Shown: positions 29,239 to 39,672 of the stretch, piece after piece
Numbering within the stretch: the stretch's first letter is position 1
How the letters are laid out: each line of letters starts with the position of its first letter
NCBI GenBank assembly: GCA_049512315.1
Contig: JBEKXF010000001.1
Location: 201,340-244,809 of the forward strand
Reading direction: 5' to 3'
Origin: Candidatus Aminicenantales bacterium
GTDB taxonomy: Bacteria; Acidobacteriota; Aminicenantia; Aminicenantales; Saccharicenantaceae
DNA: 43,470 nucleotides
Notes under the pieces: model-generated
What the model was told of the DNA's origin: nothing
Database searches by the model: none
The model's input: only the letters and a program-made list of their open reading frames with translations
Position numbers and translations under genes: made by a program

Positions 29239-30060
29239 CTACCGGCCGTGGAAAAACCTTTTTTTCTTGACCAAAGAGAAGGCCGCGAAGACGAGAAAAC
29301 AGAAGATGACGATGGCCGCCGAGGCCGGGATGTCCAGTTCGAGGGCGACCGCCAGGCCAGCCACCACGGACAATATCGCGACGCCGGCCGCGAGCACGAT
29401 CGCCATCCGGAAGTTCGAGGCCAGTTGAAGGCCCGCCGCCGCCGGGATGACGATGAGGGCCGCTACGAGAAGGATCCCCGCAACCTTCATTCCCAGGACG
29501 ATCGTGACCGCGGTGAGGGCCATCAGGAGGGCGTCGAGGCGGCCGATCTTCACCCCCGAGACGCGCGCCGACTCCCGGTCGAAGGTCATAAACAGCAGCT
29601 TGGCATAATTCAGAGCCACGGCCACGAGGACCGCCGCGGCCAAGCCCACAGACAGCCAGACCTCGAGGGGCTCGATGGCCAGGACGTCGCCGAACAGGTA
29701 GGCCATGAGGTCGACGTTGAAGCTACCGGCGAGGGTCGCAAGGAGGATGCCGATGGCCAGCCCGAGGCTCGAAAAGATCCCGATGGCCGTGTCTCCGTGG
29801 AGGCCGGCTTTATCCTTGAGCCGCAGGATGCCGAGGGCCGCCACGACAGAGACCGCCAGGGCCGCCACCAGGGGAAGGACGTTCAGGAAAAGGCCGAGGG
29901 CCACGCCGGCGAAGGCGATGTGCGACAGGCCGTGGCCGATCATCGCGTCCTTCCTCAGGACGAGGAAAACGCCCAGCACGGCGCAGGCCACGGCGATGAA
30001 GACACCGGCGAGGACGGCCCTCTGGAGGAAACCGTAGTGAAGGAGTGCGGCCATCCCCAT
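29239..30060 (-). CDS. znuB: Zn/Mn ABC transporter permease
   Basis: LGVFLVLR, GLSHIAFAG, YLFGD, GILLVAALIVIPAA; hydrophobic. Confidence 0.88.
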   Translation of the reverse strand: MGMAALLHYGFLQRAVLAGVFIAVACAVLGVFLVLRKDAMIGHGLSHIAFAGVALGLFLNVLPLVAALAVSVVAALGILRLKDKAGLHGDTAIGIFSSLGLAIGILLATLAGSFNVDLMAYLFGDVLAIEPLEVWLSVGLAAAVLVAVALNYAKLLFMTFDRESARVSGVKIGRLDALLMALTAVTIVLGMKVAGILLVAALIVIPAAAGLQLASNFRMAIVLAAGVAILSVVAGLAVALELDIPASAAIVIFCFLVFAAFSLVKKKRFFHGR

Positions 30061-30067
30061 CCGTCCC

Positions 30068-30811
30068 TCAGTGCTCGTGGGAGATCAGGTGGTCTCCTCG
30101 GGTGACCATATCCCGGAAGACCTCGGAACGGCAGAACTCTTCGTGGCTCCCGTGGTAGACCATCCTCTGGTTCAGGCAGGCCACCTGGGTCACGTGCTTG
30201 TTGACGATCCCGATATCGTGGGTGACGAGGACGATGGTGATCCCCTCGTCCTTGTTGAGATGGTCGAGCAGATCGTAAAAATAGCCCTGGGTCGCGGCGT
30301 CGACACCTGTCGTCGGCTCGTCGAGGAAAAGGATGCGCGGACCCGTCACCAGGGCCCGGGCAATGAAAACGCGCTGCTGCTGGCCGCCGGAGAGCCGGCC
30401 GACCTGCCAGTCCCTGAAAGGCTCCAGGCCGACCTCGCGCAGGGCCCGGACGATGCGTTCCGAGCGGCGGGTGCGGACGGGGCCGAGAATCTGCCTGTTC
30501 GAAAGAAGGGCCATCCCGACGACCTCCTCGACCGAAGCCGGGAAGAACGGGTCGAAATGGGTGGCTTTTTGGGGGACGTAGCCGATCGTCCGCCACTCCG
30601 TGAACTCGTCGAGCGGCTTGCCCATGATCTCGACGCGGCCCGCCGACGGCCGCAGAAGCCCCAGCAGAATTTTGATGAGGGTCGTCTTGCCCGACCCGTT
30701 CGGCCCGATGATGGCCAGGAAATCCCCGGCCCGGATGGACAGGCTGACGTCCAGAAGAACGGGGGTCTTATCATAGGCGAAGGTGATATGGCTCGCTTTG
30801 ATCAGGTCCAT
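30068..30811 (-). CDS. znuC: Zn/Mn ABC transporter ATP-binding protein
   Basis: GPNGSGKT, GYVPQ, LSGGQQQR, LDEPT, VTHD. Confidence 0.9.
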   Translation of the reverse strand: MDLIKASHITFAYDKTPVLLDVSLSIRAGDFLAIIGPNGSGKTTLIKILLGLLRPSAGRVEIMGKPLDEFTEWRTIGYVPQKATHFDPFFPASVEEVVGMALLSNRQILGPVRTRRSERIVRALREVGLEPFRDWQVGRLSGGQQQRVFIARALVTGPRILFLDEPTTGVDAATQGYFYDLLDHLNKDEGITIVLVTHDIGIVNKHVTQVACLNQRMVYHGSHEEFCRSEVFRDMVTRGDHLISHEH

Positions 30812-30815
30812 GGCC

Positions 30816-31736
30816 TCACCGGCAACCCAGGCCTTCCCGGAGGCTCCTCAGGTTTTCCTCCATGATATCAAAGAAGCTGACGCCTTTCATCACCTGTTCC
30901 CTCGTCAGATTATGCCCCGCGTGGAGGACGAGGATCCGGCCGTGGATCTCGGCGGCGAGCGTCCGGGCTAAGTCGGGCGGGACCGAGGCCTCGAAAAATA
31001 TCGTCCGGATATTTTCCCGGCGGCAAAGGTCGACGACTTTCATCATCTGCTTGGGCCGGGGCTGGGAATCCGGGCTCAGTCCGTAAAGGGCCGTCTGCAC
31101 GAGTCCGTAATTTTTGGCCAGATAGCCGAAGGCGGCATGCCCGGCGACGACCATCTGCCTTCCGGCGCAGTTCTTGAGGGCCTCCCGGAAGCGGGAGTCG
31201 AGCTCGCGGAGCCGGACCTTATAGGATTCCCCGTTCTGACGGAAATATCCGGCGCCGGCGGGATCGATCGCAGAGAGGGCTTCGACGATCCGGTCGATGA
31301 CCGAGGCGTCCAGCCCGAAATCGAGCCAGATATGAGGGTCGAGGGGACCATGATCGTGCCCGGCTCCGGCCGGCTCCGGCTGGTCGGCCATGGCTGGGAG
31401 AAGGGCCAGACCGCGGCTGACCTCGAGGAGATGGAGCTTTCCGCCGGGGACGGTCTTGACAATGGCGGGGAGCCAGGGCTCTAGCCCCGACCCTACGGAG
31501 ATGAACAGGTCCGAGGCGGCCAGCCTCAGAATGTCGCTTGGGCGAGGCTGCCAGGTATGGACCCCGGCCCCGGGAGGAAGGAGGAGCGAAGCCTCTCCCC
31601 TCTCGCCGACGACCGCAGCGGCGAATTCCCTCAAGGGAAAAATGCTCGTCAGAATCCTGATGCTGCCGGCACAGAAGGCCGGCCCCGCCAAGACCGCGAA
31701 GAGGGCGAAAACGAGCGCGCAGCCGGCTTTTTTCAT
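30816..31736 (-). CDS. znuA: Zn/Mn ABC transporter substrate-binding protein
   Basis: Signal peptide; HTWQP, short His loop, DPHIWL, HAAFGYL. Confidence 0.88.
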   Translation of the reverse strand: MKKAGCALVFALFAVLAGPAFCAGSIRILTSIFPLREFAAAVVGERGEASLLLPPGAGVHTWQPRPSDILRLAASDLFISVGSGLEPWLPAIVKTVPGGKLHLLEVSRGLALLPAMADQPEPAGAGHDHGPLDPHIWLDFGLDASVIDRIVEALSAIDPAGAGYFRQNGESYKVRLRELDSRFREALKNCAGRQMVVAGHAAFGYLAKNYGLVQTALYGLSPDSQPRPKQMMKVVDLCRRENIRTIFFEASVPPDLARTLAAEIHGRILVLHAGHNLTREQVMKGVSFFDIMEENLRSLREGLGCR

Positions 31737-31834
31737 GGAAGATTACGCCCCATTATACGCGGTTCTTCCCCTTGTATCCATCCGATTTTTATGGCATCAT
31801 AACAGATTGAGACGTTTTCAAAAGGAGATGTGAC

Positions 31835-33289
31835 ATGCCATCCTCTTTGACCGAACTCCAGCCCTCCCACCTCTGGAAGCACTTCGCCAAGATCCTGACC
31901 ATCCCCCACTGTTCCGGGGATGAAAAGGCATTTGGCGATTACGTCCTTTCGGTCGCCCAGGGCCTCAAGCTGGCCGCCCAGCGGGAACGGGTCGGGAATG
32001 TCCTCGTCAGCAAGCCCGCGACCCCGGGCCACGAGGGCGCCCCCGGCGTCATCCTCCAAGGACACCTGGACATGGTTTGCGAGAAAAATTCCGACGTGGT
32101 CCACGACTTCTGCAAGGACCCGATCCAGGCGGAGATCAAAGGCGAATGGGTCCAGGCCAAGGGCACGACGCTCGGCGCCGACAACGGGATCGGCGTCTCG
32201 GCCTGCCTGGCGGTCATGGAAGATGCTTCCCTCGTCCACGGACCCCTCGAGTTCCTGTTCACCGTCGACGAGGAAACCGGGCTGACGGGCGCGAACAAGA
32301 TCCAGAAAGGCTCTCTCAAGGGGACCCGACTCATCAACCTGGACAGCGAGGAGGAGGGGATCTTCACCATCGGCTGCGCGGGCGGCGCAGACTCGGAGAT
32401 CGCCTCCCCCGTCGTCCGGAAAAAAACAGCCTCCAAGAACATCTTCCGGCTAAAAATCTACGGCTTGAGGGGAGGTCATTCGGGGCTCGAGATCAACCAG
32501 GGGCGGGCGAATGCCATCAAGATCCTCGCCCGGATGCTCCGGGAGGCTCAGGACTCGATCCGTTTCGAGCTCATCAGCATGGAGGGCGGGAACAAGCGGA
32601 ACGCCATCCCGCGTGAGGCTTGGGCGAGCCTGGCCTGCGCTCCGGGCCAACTGAAGGCCCTCTCATCCGCGTTTAAGAGATCGTTCGAAAGGATCGCCAT
32701 CGAGTATAAGGCCGTCGAGACGGAAGCCAAGTCCTCCTTCGAGCGGAGCGAGGAGACCAAGGCCTTCGCCCTGACTGCGGACTGCCAGCGCGGGCTTCTG
32801 AACTACGTCCTGGCTATTCCCAACGGGGTGATCGCCATGAATCCGGAGATGAAGGACCTCGTGGAGACCTCGACCAATCTGGCCATCATCCGGACGGGCA
32901 AGACCCAGGTCGATATCATCTGCAGCACCCGGAGCTCCGTCGCTTCGGCCCTGGAGGCGACTCGGCTTATCCTCAAAGCGGTCACGGAGATGGCCGGGGC
33001 CAAGATCAATCCGAAGTACGGCTACCCGGGCTGGATGCCCAACCTCCAGTCCCCTCTTCTCGCGACCATGAAGGAGCTGTACGCAAAAGAATTCGGGCGC
33101 GAGGCCAAGGTCGGAGCGGTCCACGCCGGCCTGGAGTGCGGGATCATCGGGGAGAAGTTCCACGGAATGGACATGATCTCGATCGGTCCGACGATGGAAC
33201 ATCCGCATTCCCCGGACGAGCGTGTCCATATCGGCTCGGTGGAAAAGTTCTGGCAGTTCCTGACCGCCGTGCTGGCCGGGCTGGCCTAA
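31835..33289 (+). CDS. pepD: Aminoacyl-histidine dipeptidase (M20C)
   Basis: [50 protein letters not shown]. Confidence 0.94.
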   Translation: MPSSLTELQPSHLWKHFAKILTIPHCSGDEKAFGDYVLSVAQGLKLAAQRERVGNVLVSKPATPGHEGAPGVILQGHLDMVCEKNSDVVHDFCKDPIQAEIKGEWVQAKGTTLGADNGIGVSACLAVMEDASLVHGPLEFLFTVDEETGLTGANKIQKGSLKGTRLINLDSEEEGIFTIGCAGGADSEIASPVVRKKTASKNIFRLKIYGLRGGHSGLEINQGRANAIKILARMLREAQDSIRFELISMEGGNKRNAIPREAWASLACAPGQLKALSSAFKRSFERIAIEYKAVETEAKSSFERSEETKAFALTADCQRGLLNYVLAIPNGVIAMNPEMKDLVETSTNLAIIRTGKTQVDIICSTRSSVASALEATRLILKAVTEMAGAKINPKYGYPGWMPNLQSPLLATMKELYAKEFGREAKVGAVHAGLECGIIGEKFHGMDMISIGPTMEHPHSPDERVHIGSVEKFWQFLTAVLAGLA

Positions 33290-33431
33290 GGCCCGGCCCG
33301 TTGGCAGCCCCGCCCCAGGACGACACCGACAGCGGGAACTTGAGATGAACCGAAGGAGATTCTTCCTCATCTTGGGGTCCTTGGGCGTCCTCGCTTCCCG
33401 GGTTATCCCCAAAACCGCAAGGAGTGAACAC

Positions 33432-33812
33432 ATGAAGAAACAAGTTCAGACCGATAAGGCCCCCAAGGCCATCGGGCCCTATTCCCAGGGCATCGTCGCC
33501 AATGGCTTCGTCTTCGTTTCGGGCCAGATCCCCATCGACCCGGCGACAGGCGACCTGAACACCGGGACCATCGAGGATCAGGCGCGTCAGGTCCTCAAGA
33601 ACGTGGGCGCGGTCCTCGAGGCGGCGGGGAGCTCCTATGAGAGCGTCGTCAAGGCCACGGTGTTTCTCCAGGACATGAACGATTTCGGCAAAATGAACGC
33701 GGTTTACGCCGAATTTTTCAAGGCGCCCTGCCCCGCCCGGGCCGCGGTCCAGGTCGCCCGACTCCCCCGGGACGTCAAGATCGAGATCGAGGCCATCGCC
33801 CTGGCCCAATAG
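33432..33812 (+). CDS. ridA: RidA/YjgF enamine deaminase (alternative upstream start at 33345)
   Basis: [44 protein letters not shown] 7 nt before ATG 33432. Confidence 0.93.
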   Translation: MKKQVQTDKAPKAIGPYSQGIVANGFVFVSGQIPIDPATGDLNTGTIEDQARQVLKNVGAVLEAAGSSYESVVKATVFLQDMNDFGKMNAVYAEFFKAPCPARAAVQVARLPRDVKIEIEAIALAQ

Positions 33813-33833
33813 AAGATAGAAAAATATTCGGCC

Positions 33834-34052
33834 ATGCCGATCTACGAGCTCCTTTGCAAGAAGTGCGGCCGCCGATTCGAATGCCTCGTCCCCATGGGCA
33901 AGGAAAGAGAAGCGGCCTGCCCGGGGTGCGGCGCCGCGGGCGCCGAGAAGCTCCTGTCTCCGTTCGGCATCGGCGGCGCCTCGAGCCGCCTGAAGGCCTC
34001 GTCGTCGAGCTGCGCGTCCTGCTCGACGAAGTCCTGTAGCACCTGCCACTGA
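33834..34052 (+). CDS. FmdB-family zinc-ribbon protein
   Basis: MPIYE..CKKCG, CPGCG, Cys-rich tail CASC....CSTC. Confidence 0.88.
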   Translation: MPIYELLCKKCGRRFECLVPMGKEREAACPGCGAAGAEKLLSPFGIGGASSRLKASSSSCASCSTKSCSTCH

Positions 34053-34285
34053 GCCCAGCTTTCAAATCTTGCGATGATAACAAGGAATTATGGGTCCTGG
34101 CCCGGTGCGTCTGTTTTCATGGCCTCGGGAAGGCTAAACCGCTCTATCACGTTCCGGCCATTCCGCTCAGCCATTTTCTCGCATTGGGTCACCCATCTCG
34201 CTTCATTCTATAAACATAGATGTTAATCGGGCTCTTCCCTTGTCTTGACATGGCCCGTGCAATGACGATTTAATAGGGCTCGACA

Positions 34286-36340
34286 ATGGGAAAAACACCC
34301 GAGGGAAGGACGAAAAAATCCGGTCGTCCCAGGCCGCTCCCGGAGGTCCGGATGGGGATCGACACGGGCGGCACTTTCACCGATTTCGTCATCTGGAAAG
34401 AAGGCCGGATCTTCAACAGGAAAGTCCTTTCGACGCCCCAGGATCCTTCCCTGGCCATCTTCGACGGCTTGGCCGGTCTCCTCGGCCTAGATAACCCGAT
34501 CTTCATCGTCCACGGGACGACCGTGGCCACCAATGCCCTCCTTGAGAGGAAGGGCGGGCGGATCGCCCTGGTCACGACCGCCGGTTTCGAGGACGTCCTC
34601 TTCATCGGCCGTCAGACCAGACGGAAGCTCTACAGCCTTCAGCCCGAGGAACGCTTCTTCCTCCTCCCCGGAGAACGCTCATTCGGCGTCCACGAGCGGA
34701 CGCTGGCTTCGGGCCGCGCCGAGAGGCTCGTCTCCAGCGAAGAGGCCCGGAGGGTCCTCCGGAAGGTCCGGGAGTCCGGGGCCGAAGCCGTGGCCGTCTG
34801 TTTCCTTCACTCCTATGCCAATCCCCGGAACGAGAGCGTCATGGCCCGGGAGCTCGAGCGGGCCGGGATCATGGCCTCGGTCTCGAGCCGTCTCCTCCCC
34901 GAGTACCGCGAGTACGAGAGGATGACGACGACGGCCATCAACGCCTACTTGATGCCGGTCATGGACCGCTACTTGTCGGAAGTTGACCGGAGGATCGGCA
35001 AAGCCGAGCTCCGGATCATGCAGTCCAACGAAGGCTATATCTCGCCGGCCAAAGCCCGCCTGGAGCCCATCAAAACCGCCCTTTCGGGCCCCGCCGGAGG
35101 CGCCGTCGGGGCGCGCCATCTGGCCAAGGCCGCCGGCTTCGAAAACGTCATCAGCTTCGACATGGGCGGGACCTCGACGGACGTGTCCCTGATCGAAGGC
35201 GCCGTCCGACGGACCCACGAAAGTCGGATCGGCGATTTCCCGATACGCCTGCCCATCATCGACATCCACTCTGTCGGCGCGGGGGGCGGGTCTGTCGCTG
35301 TCCGCGACCGTGGGGGTTCGATGAGGGTTGGGCCTCAGAGCGCGGGCGCCAGCCCGGGCCCGGCCTGTTACGGCAAAGGTGACATCCCCACCGTCACGGA
35401 CGCCGATCTTTTTCTCGGCCGTCTGGACCCTGGATTTTTCCTGGGCGGCACGATGAAGATCCACCCTGGGCGGAGCCGGGACGCCATCGGACGCCTTGCC
35501 CGGTCGCTCGGCAAGACGCCACAGGAAACGGCCCTGGGGGTCGTCGACATCGCCAACGCCAACATGGAGAAGGCGATCCGGATCATCTCGGTCGAGCGCG
35601 GATACGACCCCCGGAATTTCGCCCTCTTTTCGTTCGGCGGGGCGGGCGGCATGCACGCCGTCGAGATGGCCGCGCATCTGCGGATGCCCACGGTCGTCGT
35701 CCCCCGGAACGCCGGCGTGCTGTCCGCCTTCGGGCTCCTCATGGCCGACTCGATCAAGGATTACACCAGGTCCCTGATGAGAACGGCGGCCGGGATCTCG
35801 GTGGCGGATCTTGAAAGGGAATTCGCGAAGCTCGAAATTGCGGGTCGTCGCGACATGAGGGAGGATGGCTTCAAGGACGCGGATGTCCAGATCGAGCGGT
35901 CCTTGGACTGCCGTTATCTCGGTCAGTCCTACGAGATCGCCGTTCCCTTCCGGAGAGCCCGGACCGCCGGCCAAGCTTTCCTCGAGGACTTCCACAGGCG
36001 GCATCAAAAACTCTATACCTACCACCACGCCGAAAGGCCGGTCGAGATCGTCAACCTCCGGATCAAGGCCGTCGCCGTGACGCCGAAAATCCCCCTGGTC
36101 AAGGAGCGGGCGCGTGCTTCTCTTGACCCGCGGGCCGTCGTCAAAAGACAACCGATCATCACGGCCCGTGGCCGGGTCGAGGGGAGGGTCTACGACCGGT
36201 CGCGACTATCCCCGGGGAACGCCGTCGCCGGCCCCTCGCTCGTCATCGATCCGGAAGCCACGTCCTATCTCCCGCCCGGGCATTCCGCGCGCGTCGACGG
36301 GTTCCTGAACCTCATCATCCGGCCGGCGAGGCGCGTATGA
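34286..36340 (+). CDS. Hydantoinase/5-oxoprolinase subunit A (ATP-binding)
   Basis: IDTGGTFTD, HGTTVATNA, EYER, SGPAGG, DMGGTSTD, GAGGGS, GPACYG, FGGAG. Confidence 0.93.
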   Translation: MGKTPEGRTKKSGRPRPLPEVRMGIDTGGTFTDFVIWKEGRIFNRKVLSTPQDPSLAIFDGLAGLLGLDNPIFIVHGTTVATNALLERKGGRIALVTTAGFEDVLFIGRQTRRKLYSLQPEERFFLLPGERSFGVHERTLASGRAERLVSSEEARRVLRKVRESGAEAVAVCFLHSYANPRNESVMARELERAGIMASVSSRLLPEYREYERMTTTAINAYLMPVMDRYLSEVDRRIGKAELRIMQSNEGYISPAKARLEPIKTALSGPAGGAVGARHLAKAAGFENVISFDMGGTSTDVSLIEGAVRRTHESRIGDFPIRLPIIDIHSVGAGGGSVAVRDRGGSMRVGPQSAGASPGPACYGKGDIPTVTDADLFLGRLDPGFFLGGTMKIHPGRSRDAIGRLARSLGKTPQETALGVVDIANANMEKAIRIISVERGYDPRNFALFSFGGAGGMHAVEMAAHLRMPTVVVPRNAGVLSAFGLLMADSIKDYTRSLMRTAAGISVADLEREFAKLEIAGRRDMREDGFKDADVQIERSLDCRYLGQSYEIAVPFRRARTAGQAFLEDFHRRHQKLYTYHHAERPVEIVNLRIKAVAVTPKIPLVKERARASLDPRAVVKRQPIITARGRVEGRVYDRSRLSPGNAVAGPSLVIDPEATSYLPPGHSARVDGFLNLIIRPARRV

Positions 36341-37908
36341 AACACGATATCGATCCCATCGAGCTCGAGCTTTTCAAAAACGTCTTCATCTCGATCTCGG
36401 AAGAGATGGCGGCCGTCCTCGGCCGCACGGCCCTCTCGCCCAATATCAAGGAGCGGAAGGACTATTCCTGCGCCCTGTTTGACGCCCAAGGCGGCACCCT
36501 GGCCCAGGGGTCGCACATCCCCGTCCATCTGGGGGCCATGCCTCTTTCGGTCCAGGCCGCCGTCCGGTCGGTCCCGTTCGAGCCGGGCGACCTGGTCATC
36601 CTGAACGACCCCTATCGCGGCGGGACCCACCTCCCCGACATCACCTGCATCTCCCCCATCTTTGTCAAGGGAAAGCTGCGCTTCTTCGCCGCCAACCGGG
36701 CCCATCATGCCGATGTCGGTGGTATGTCGCCTGGGTCCATGCCCTTGGCGACCGAGCTGTTCCAGGAAGGCCTGATCATCCCGCCGCTCAAACTCGTGTC
36801 GAGGGGCCGCCGGAACGAGGATGTCTTCAGCCTGATCCTGTCCAACGTCCGGACGCCGGACGAACGGCGGGGCGACCTGCTGGCCCAGGTCGCGGCGAAC
36901 GAGGTCGGCCGGCTGCGACTCCTCGAGGCCATCAGCCGTTTCGGACTCGGGCGGATCCTGACCTACGCCGGGCTTGTCCAGGATTACACCGAGAGGTTCC
37001 TGAGATCGACCATCAGAGGCATCCCCGATGGGACCTACAGCTTCGAGGATGCCATGGACGACGACGGCATCACTCCGCGGCCGGTCCGGATCGCCGTCGA
37101 CATGACGGTCCGTGGCGACCGGGCGGTCGTCGATTTCAGCCGCTCGGCCCGGCAGGTGGAGGGCGGGATCAACGCCAACTTTGCCGTCACCTGCTCGGCC
37201 GTCCTTTATGTCTTCCGGGCCCTCGTTGAAGAGGACATCCCGTTCAACACGGGATTGATGAGACCGCTCACGATTGTCGCCCCCAAGGGCTCCATCGTTA
37301 ACGCCGAGTTCCCGGCGGCCTGCGCCGCGGGCAACGTCGAGACGTCGCAGAGGATCGTCGACGTCCTTCTTGGGGCCTTGGCCCGAGCGATCCCGGACAG
37401 GATCCCTGCGGCGAGCCAGGGGACGATGAACAATGTCGCCTTCGGCGGTCACGACCCGGAGAAAAACAGACCGTTCGCCTATTATGAGACGATCGGGGGC
37501 GGGATGGGGGCAGGCCTATCGGCGGCCGGGCTGAGCGGCGTCCATACCCACATGACGAACTCGCTCAACACCCCCCTGGAGGCGCTTGAGAACTACCTCC
37601 CGCTCAAGATCAAGCGGTACGGTCTGAGGAAGGGCTCAGGAGGCAAGGGCGCCCGCGCCGGCGGCGAGGGGATCATCCGGGAATATGAGTTCCTCGTCCC
37701 CGCGGCCCTGACGATCATGTCGGAAAGGCGGAAGCTCGCTCCCTACGGCCTCCGCGGCGGCCGGCCCGGCGCGAAAGGGAAGAACACCCTCATCTCCCGC
37801 GGCCGGAAAAAAGCCCTGGGCTCGAAGGTCAACATCAAGCTCAGGCCCGGAGACGTCCTCCGAGTCGAAACGCCCGGCGGTGGCGGGTACGGCCGGCCGC
37901 GGGGCTGA
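36337..37908 (+). CDS. Hydantoinase B / 5-oxoprolinase subunit B
   Basis: SPNIKERKDYSCA, HIPVHLG, NDPYRGGTHLPD, HHADVGG, NVETSQR, SQGTMNN, TPGGGGYG. Confidence 0.93.
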   Translation: MKHDIDPIELELFKNVFISISEEMAAVLGRTALSPNIKERKDYSCALFDAQGGTLAQGSHIPVHLGAMPLSVQAAVRSVPFEPGDLVILNDPYRGGTHLPDITCISPIFVKGKLRFFAANRAHHADVGGMSPGSMPLATELFQEGLIIPPLKLVSRGRRNEDVFSLILSNVRTPDERRGDLLAQVAANEVGRLRLLEAISRFGLGRILTYAGLVQDYTERFLRSTIRGIPDGTYSFEDAMDDDGITPRPVRIAVDMTVRGDRAVVDFSRSARQVEGGINANFAVTCSAVLYVFRALVEEDIPFNTGLMRPLTIVAPKGSIVNAEFPAACAAGNVETSQRIVDVLLGALARAIPDRIPAASQGTMNNVAFGGHDPEKNRPFAYYETIGGGMGAGLSAAGLSGVHTHMTNSLNTPLEALENYLPLKIKRYGLRKGSGGKGARAGGEGIIREYEFLVPAALTIMSERRKLAPYGLRGGRPGAKGKNTLISRGRKKALGSKVNIKLRPGDVLRVETPGGGGYGRPRG

Positions 37909-37967
37909 GCTCTTTTGACTCGCCCCGCTCCCTTCTGGTATAACGGGGCCGACATTCGACTGGAGGG

Positions 37968-39074
37968 ATGGCTATGATCAAGAAGATCCCGGCATTCTTG
38001 CTCTTGCTGACGACGGTCTTGTCCGTTCCCGCGCTCTCCCAATCAGGGAGCGAGGCTTCGCCGCCCGTTCCCGTCCGCGGCGTCTGGCTGCACCCGGGCT
38101 TCTTCGGCCCCGAAAAGAGCGCCGCCCTCGAAAAGATCAGGACGACGCTCGACGAGTACCGGAAGGCCGGGATCAACACCCTCATCATTCTGGTCAAAGA
38201 CACGTCGGGATATGTCTATTTCAAGAGCCGGAACGGCGTCGCCGACCCTCGCTGGAACTGGGACTTCTTCGGCGAGTTCCTGGCCGAGGCCCGCAAGCGG
38301 GACATGCAGGTCCACCCCTGGTTCTGCGTTTTTCATGAGACGAGCATCCTCGGCCGGGTCCGGGAGCACCCGGAGTGGCTCGTTCAGAGCTCGAGGCGGG
38401 AGCTCGTGGGTTCGGTCAACCCCGCCCTTCCGGCGGTCAGAGAATACGAACGGAGCCTGATGATGGAGGTCGCAGCCCGTTACGAGACGGACTGGATCCA
38501 TCTCGACTACATCCGATTCCCCTGCGAGCCGGCGGAGCCCTACTTCAGCTTCGACCCGGAGACCGTTCGGCTCTTCAAAGAATATTCCGGACTCGACATG
38601 GCGAGCGTGAAAGCCCGCGACTCCGGAAACATCGTCTGGAACGAGTGGCTGGACTGGAATCGGGATCAGGTGACCCAATTCGTCCGGGAGCTCAGGGAAT
38701 CGCTCAAGGCCACCGGCCGCAAGGTCGGGATCAGCGCCGCCGTCTTTCCCAACGCCGAGAATGCCAAAGTCCTCATCGGCCAGGACTGGGCGGCCTGGGC
38801 CAGGGACGGGCTCGTGGACATGCTCTGTCCCATGCTGTACACAGACGAGGCCCAGTTTTTCGAGAAGCTCACGAGGCAGGCCCTGGAATATGGGCGGGGC
38901 CACTGCCGAGTCTGCCCCGGGATCGGGATCGGCACGTCCCACAACCAGAACACCCCGGAGGGGATGGTCGAGCAGATGAAGATCAGCCGGTCCTTGGGCG
39001 CCGACGGGGTGATCTTTTTCTCGTCCAGCAGCCTGAACGAGCCCTTCCTCGAAAAGCTCAAGGCGGCGAAATAG
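37968..39074 (+). CDS. Secreted glycosyl hydrolase-like 10 (GHL10/DUF187) protein
   Basis: Signal peptide; RGVW, VHPW, NPALP, HLDYIRFP, GQDW..W, PMLY. Confidence 0.82.
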   Translation: MAMIKKIPAFLLLLTTVLSVPALSQSGSEASPPVPVRGVWLHPGFFGPEKSAALEKIRTTLDEYRKAGINTLIILVKDTSGYVYFKSRNGVADPRWNWDFFGEFLAEARKRDMQVHPWFCVFHETSILGRVREHPEWLVQSSRRELVGSVNPALPAVREYERSLMMEVAARYETDWIHLDYIRFPCEPAEPYFSFDPETVRLFKEYSGLDMASVKARDSGNIVWNEWLDWNRDQVTQFVRELRESLKATGRKVGISAAVFPNAENAKVLIGQDWAAWARDGLVDMLCPMLYTDEAQFFEKLTRQALEYGRGHCRVCPGIGIGTSHNQNTPEGMVEQMKISRSLGADGVIFFSSSSLNEPFLEKLKAAK

Positions 39075-39110
39075 CGGGGCGGGATCAGCGCGGCGGGCGG
39101 CGGTCCGGGT

Positions 39111-39587
39111 TCAGATCTTCTTGAGCTTCCTTTTTTCGATGAGCAGCATCCCCTGATAGGAGACGTAATTCAGGAGGATCATCACCCGCTCCTTGTCGCC
39201 GGCCTCCTTCTTGAACACGCCCTTCAGGCCCTTGAGCGGCCCCTCCATGACCTCGATCTCGTCGCCGAGACCGGGCTTCGCCCCGTATTTTTCGAGGAAG
39301 ATCAGCCCGTCCTTTTCCCGCGCCCTGAGGCCCTGGACGACCGCCTCCGGAATGGGGATCGGACCTTCGTCGTTGCCGATGATGCGCTTGACCCCCCGCG
39401 TGTATTTCACCATCTGATACTGCTCCGGGAACTCGAAGGAAAGAAAGGCGTAGCCGGGGAAAAATGGCTTGACCTGGCTTTCGCTTCGGTGTTTCGGGCA
39501 ATAGACCGTGAAGCCTCCCTCCTCAAAGAGCTTCTCCACCTGGGCTTCCTTTTTCGGTTTGGTGTTGATGACGTACCAGCTGAGCAT
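39111..39587 (-). CDS. NusG paralogue (RfaH/UpxY-like transcription antiterminator)
   Basis: NGN domain WYVINTKP, PFFPGY.F, TRGV; KOW domain GDEIEVMEGPLKGLKG, RVMILL. Confidence 0.88.
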   Translation of the reverse strand: MLSWYVINTKPKKEAQVEKLFEEGGFTVYCPKHRSESQVKPFFPGYAFLSFEFPEQYQMVKYTRGVKRIIGNDEGPIPIPEAVVQGLRAREKDGLIFLEKYGAKPGLGDEIEVMEGPLKGLKGVFKKEAGDKERVMILLNYVSYQGMLLIEKRKLKKI

Positions 39588-39672
39588 GGTCAGTCCTTGA
39601 TCGGATCCTCCGTGAGCCCGAGCTTCCTAGAGACGGCCGGCCGCGTGCGGCGCCCGGCCGCCGCTCCGTGTT

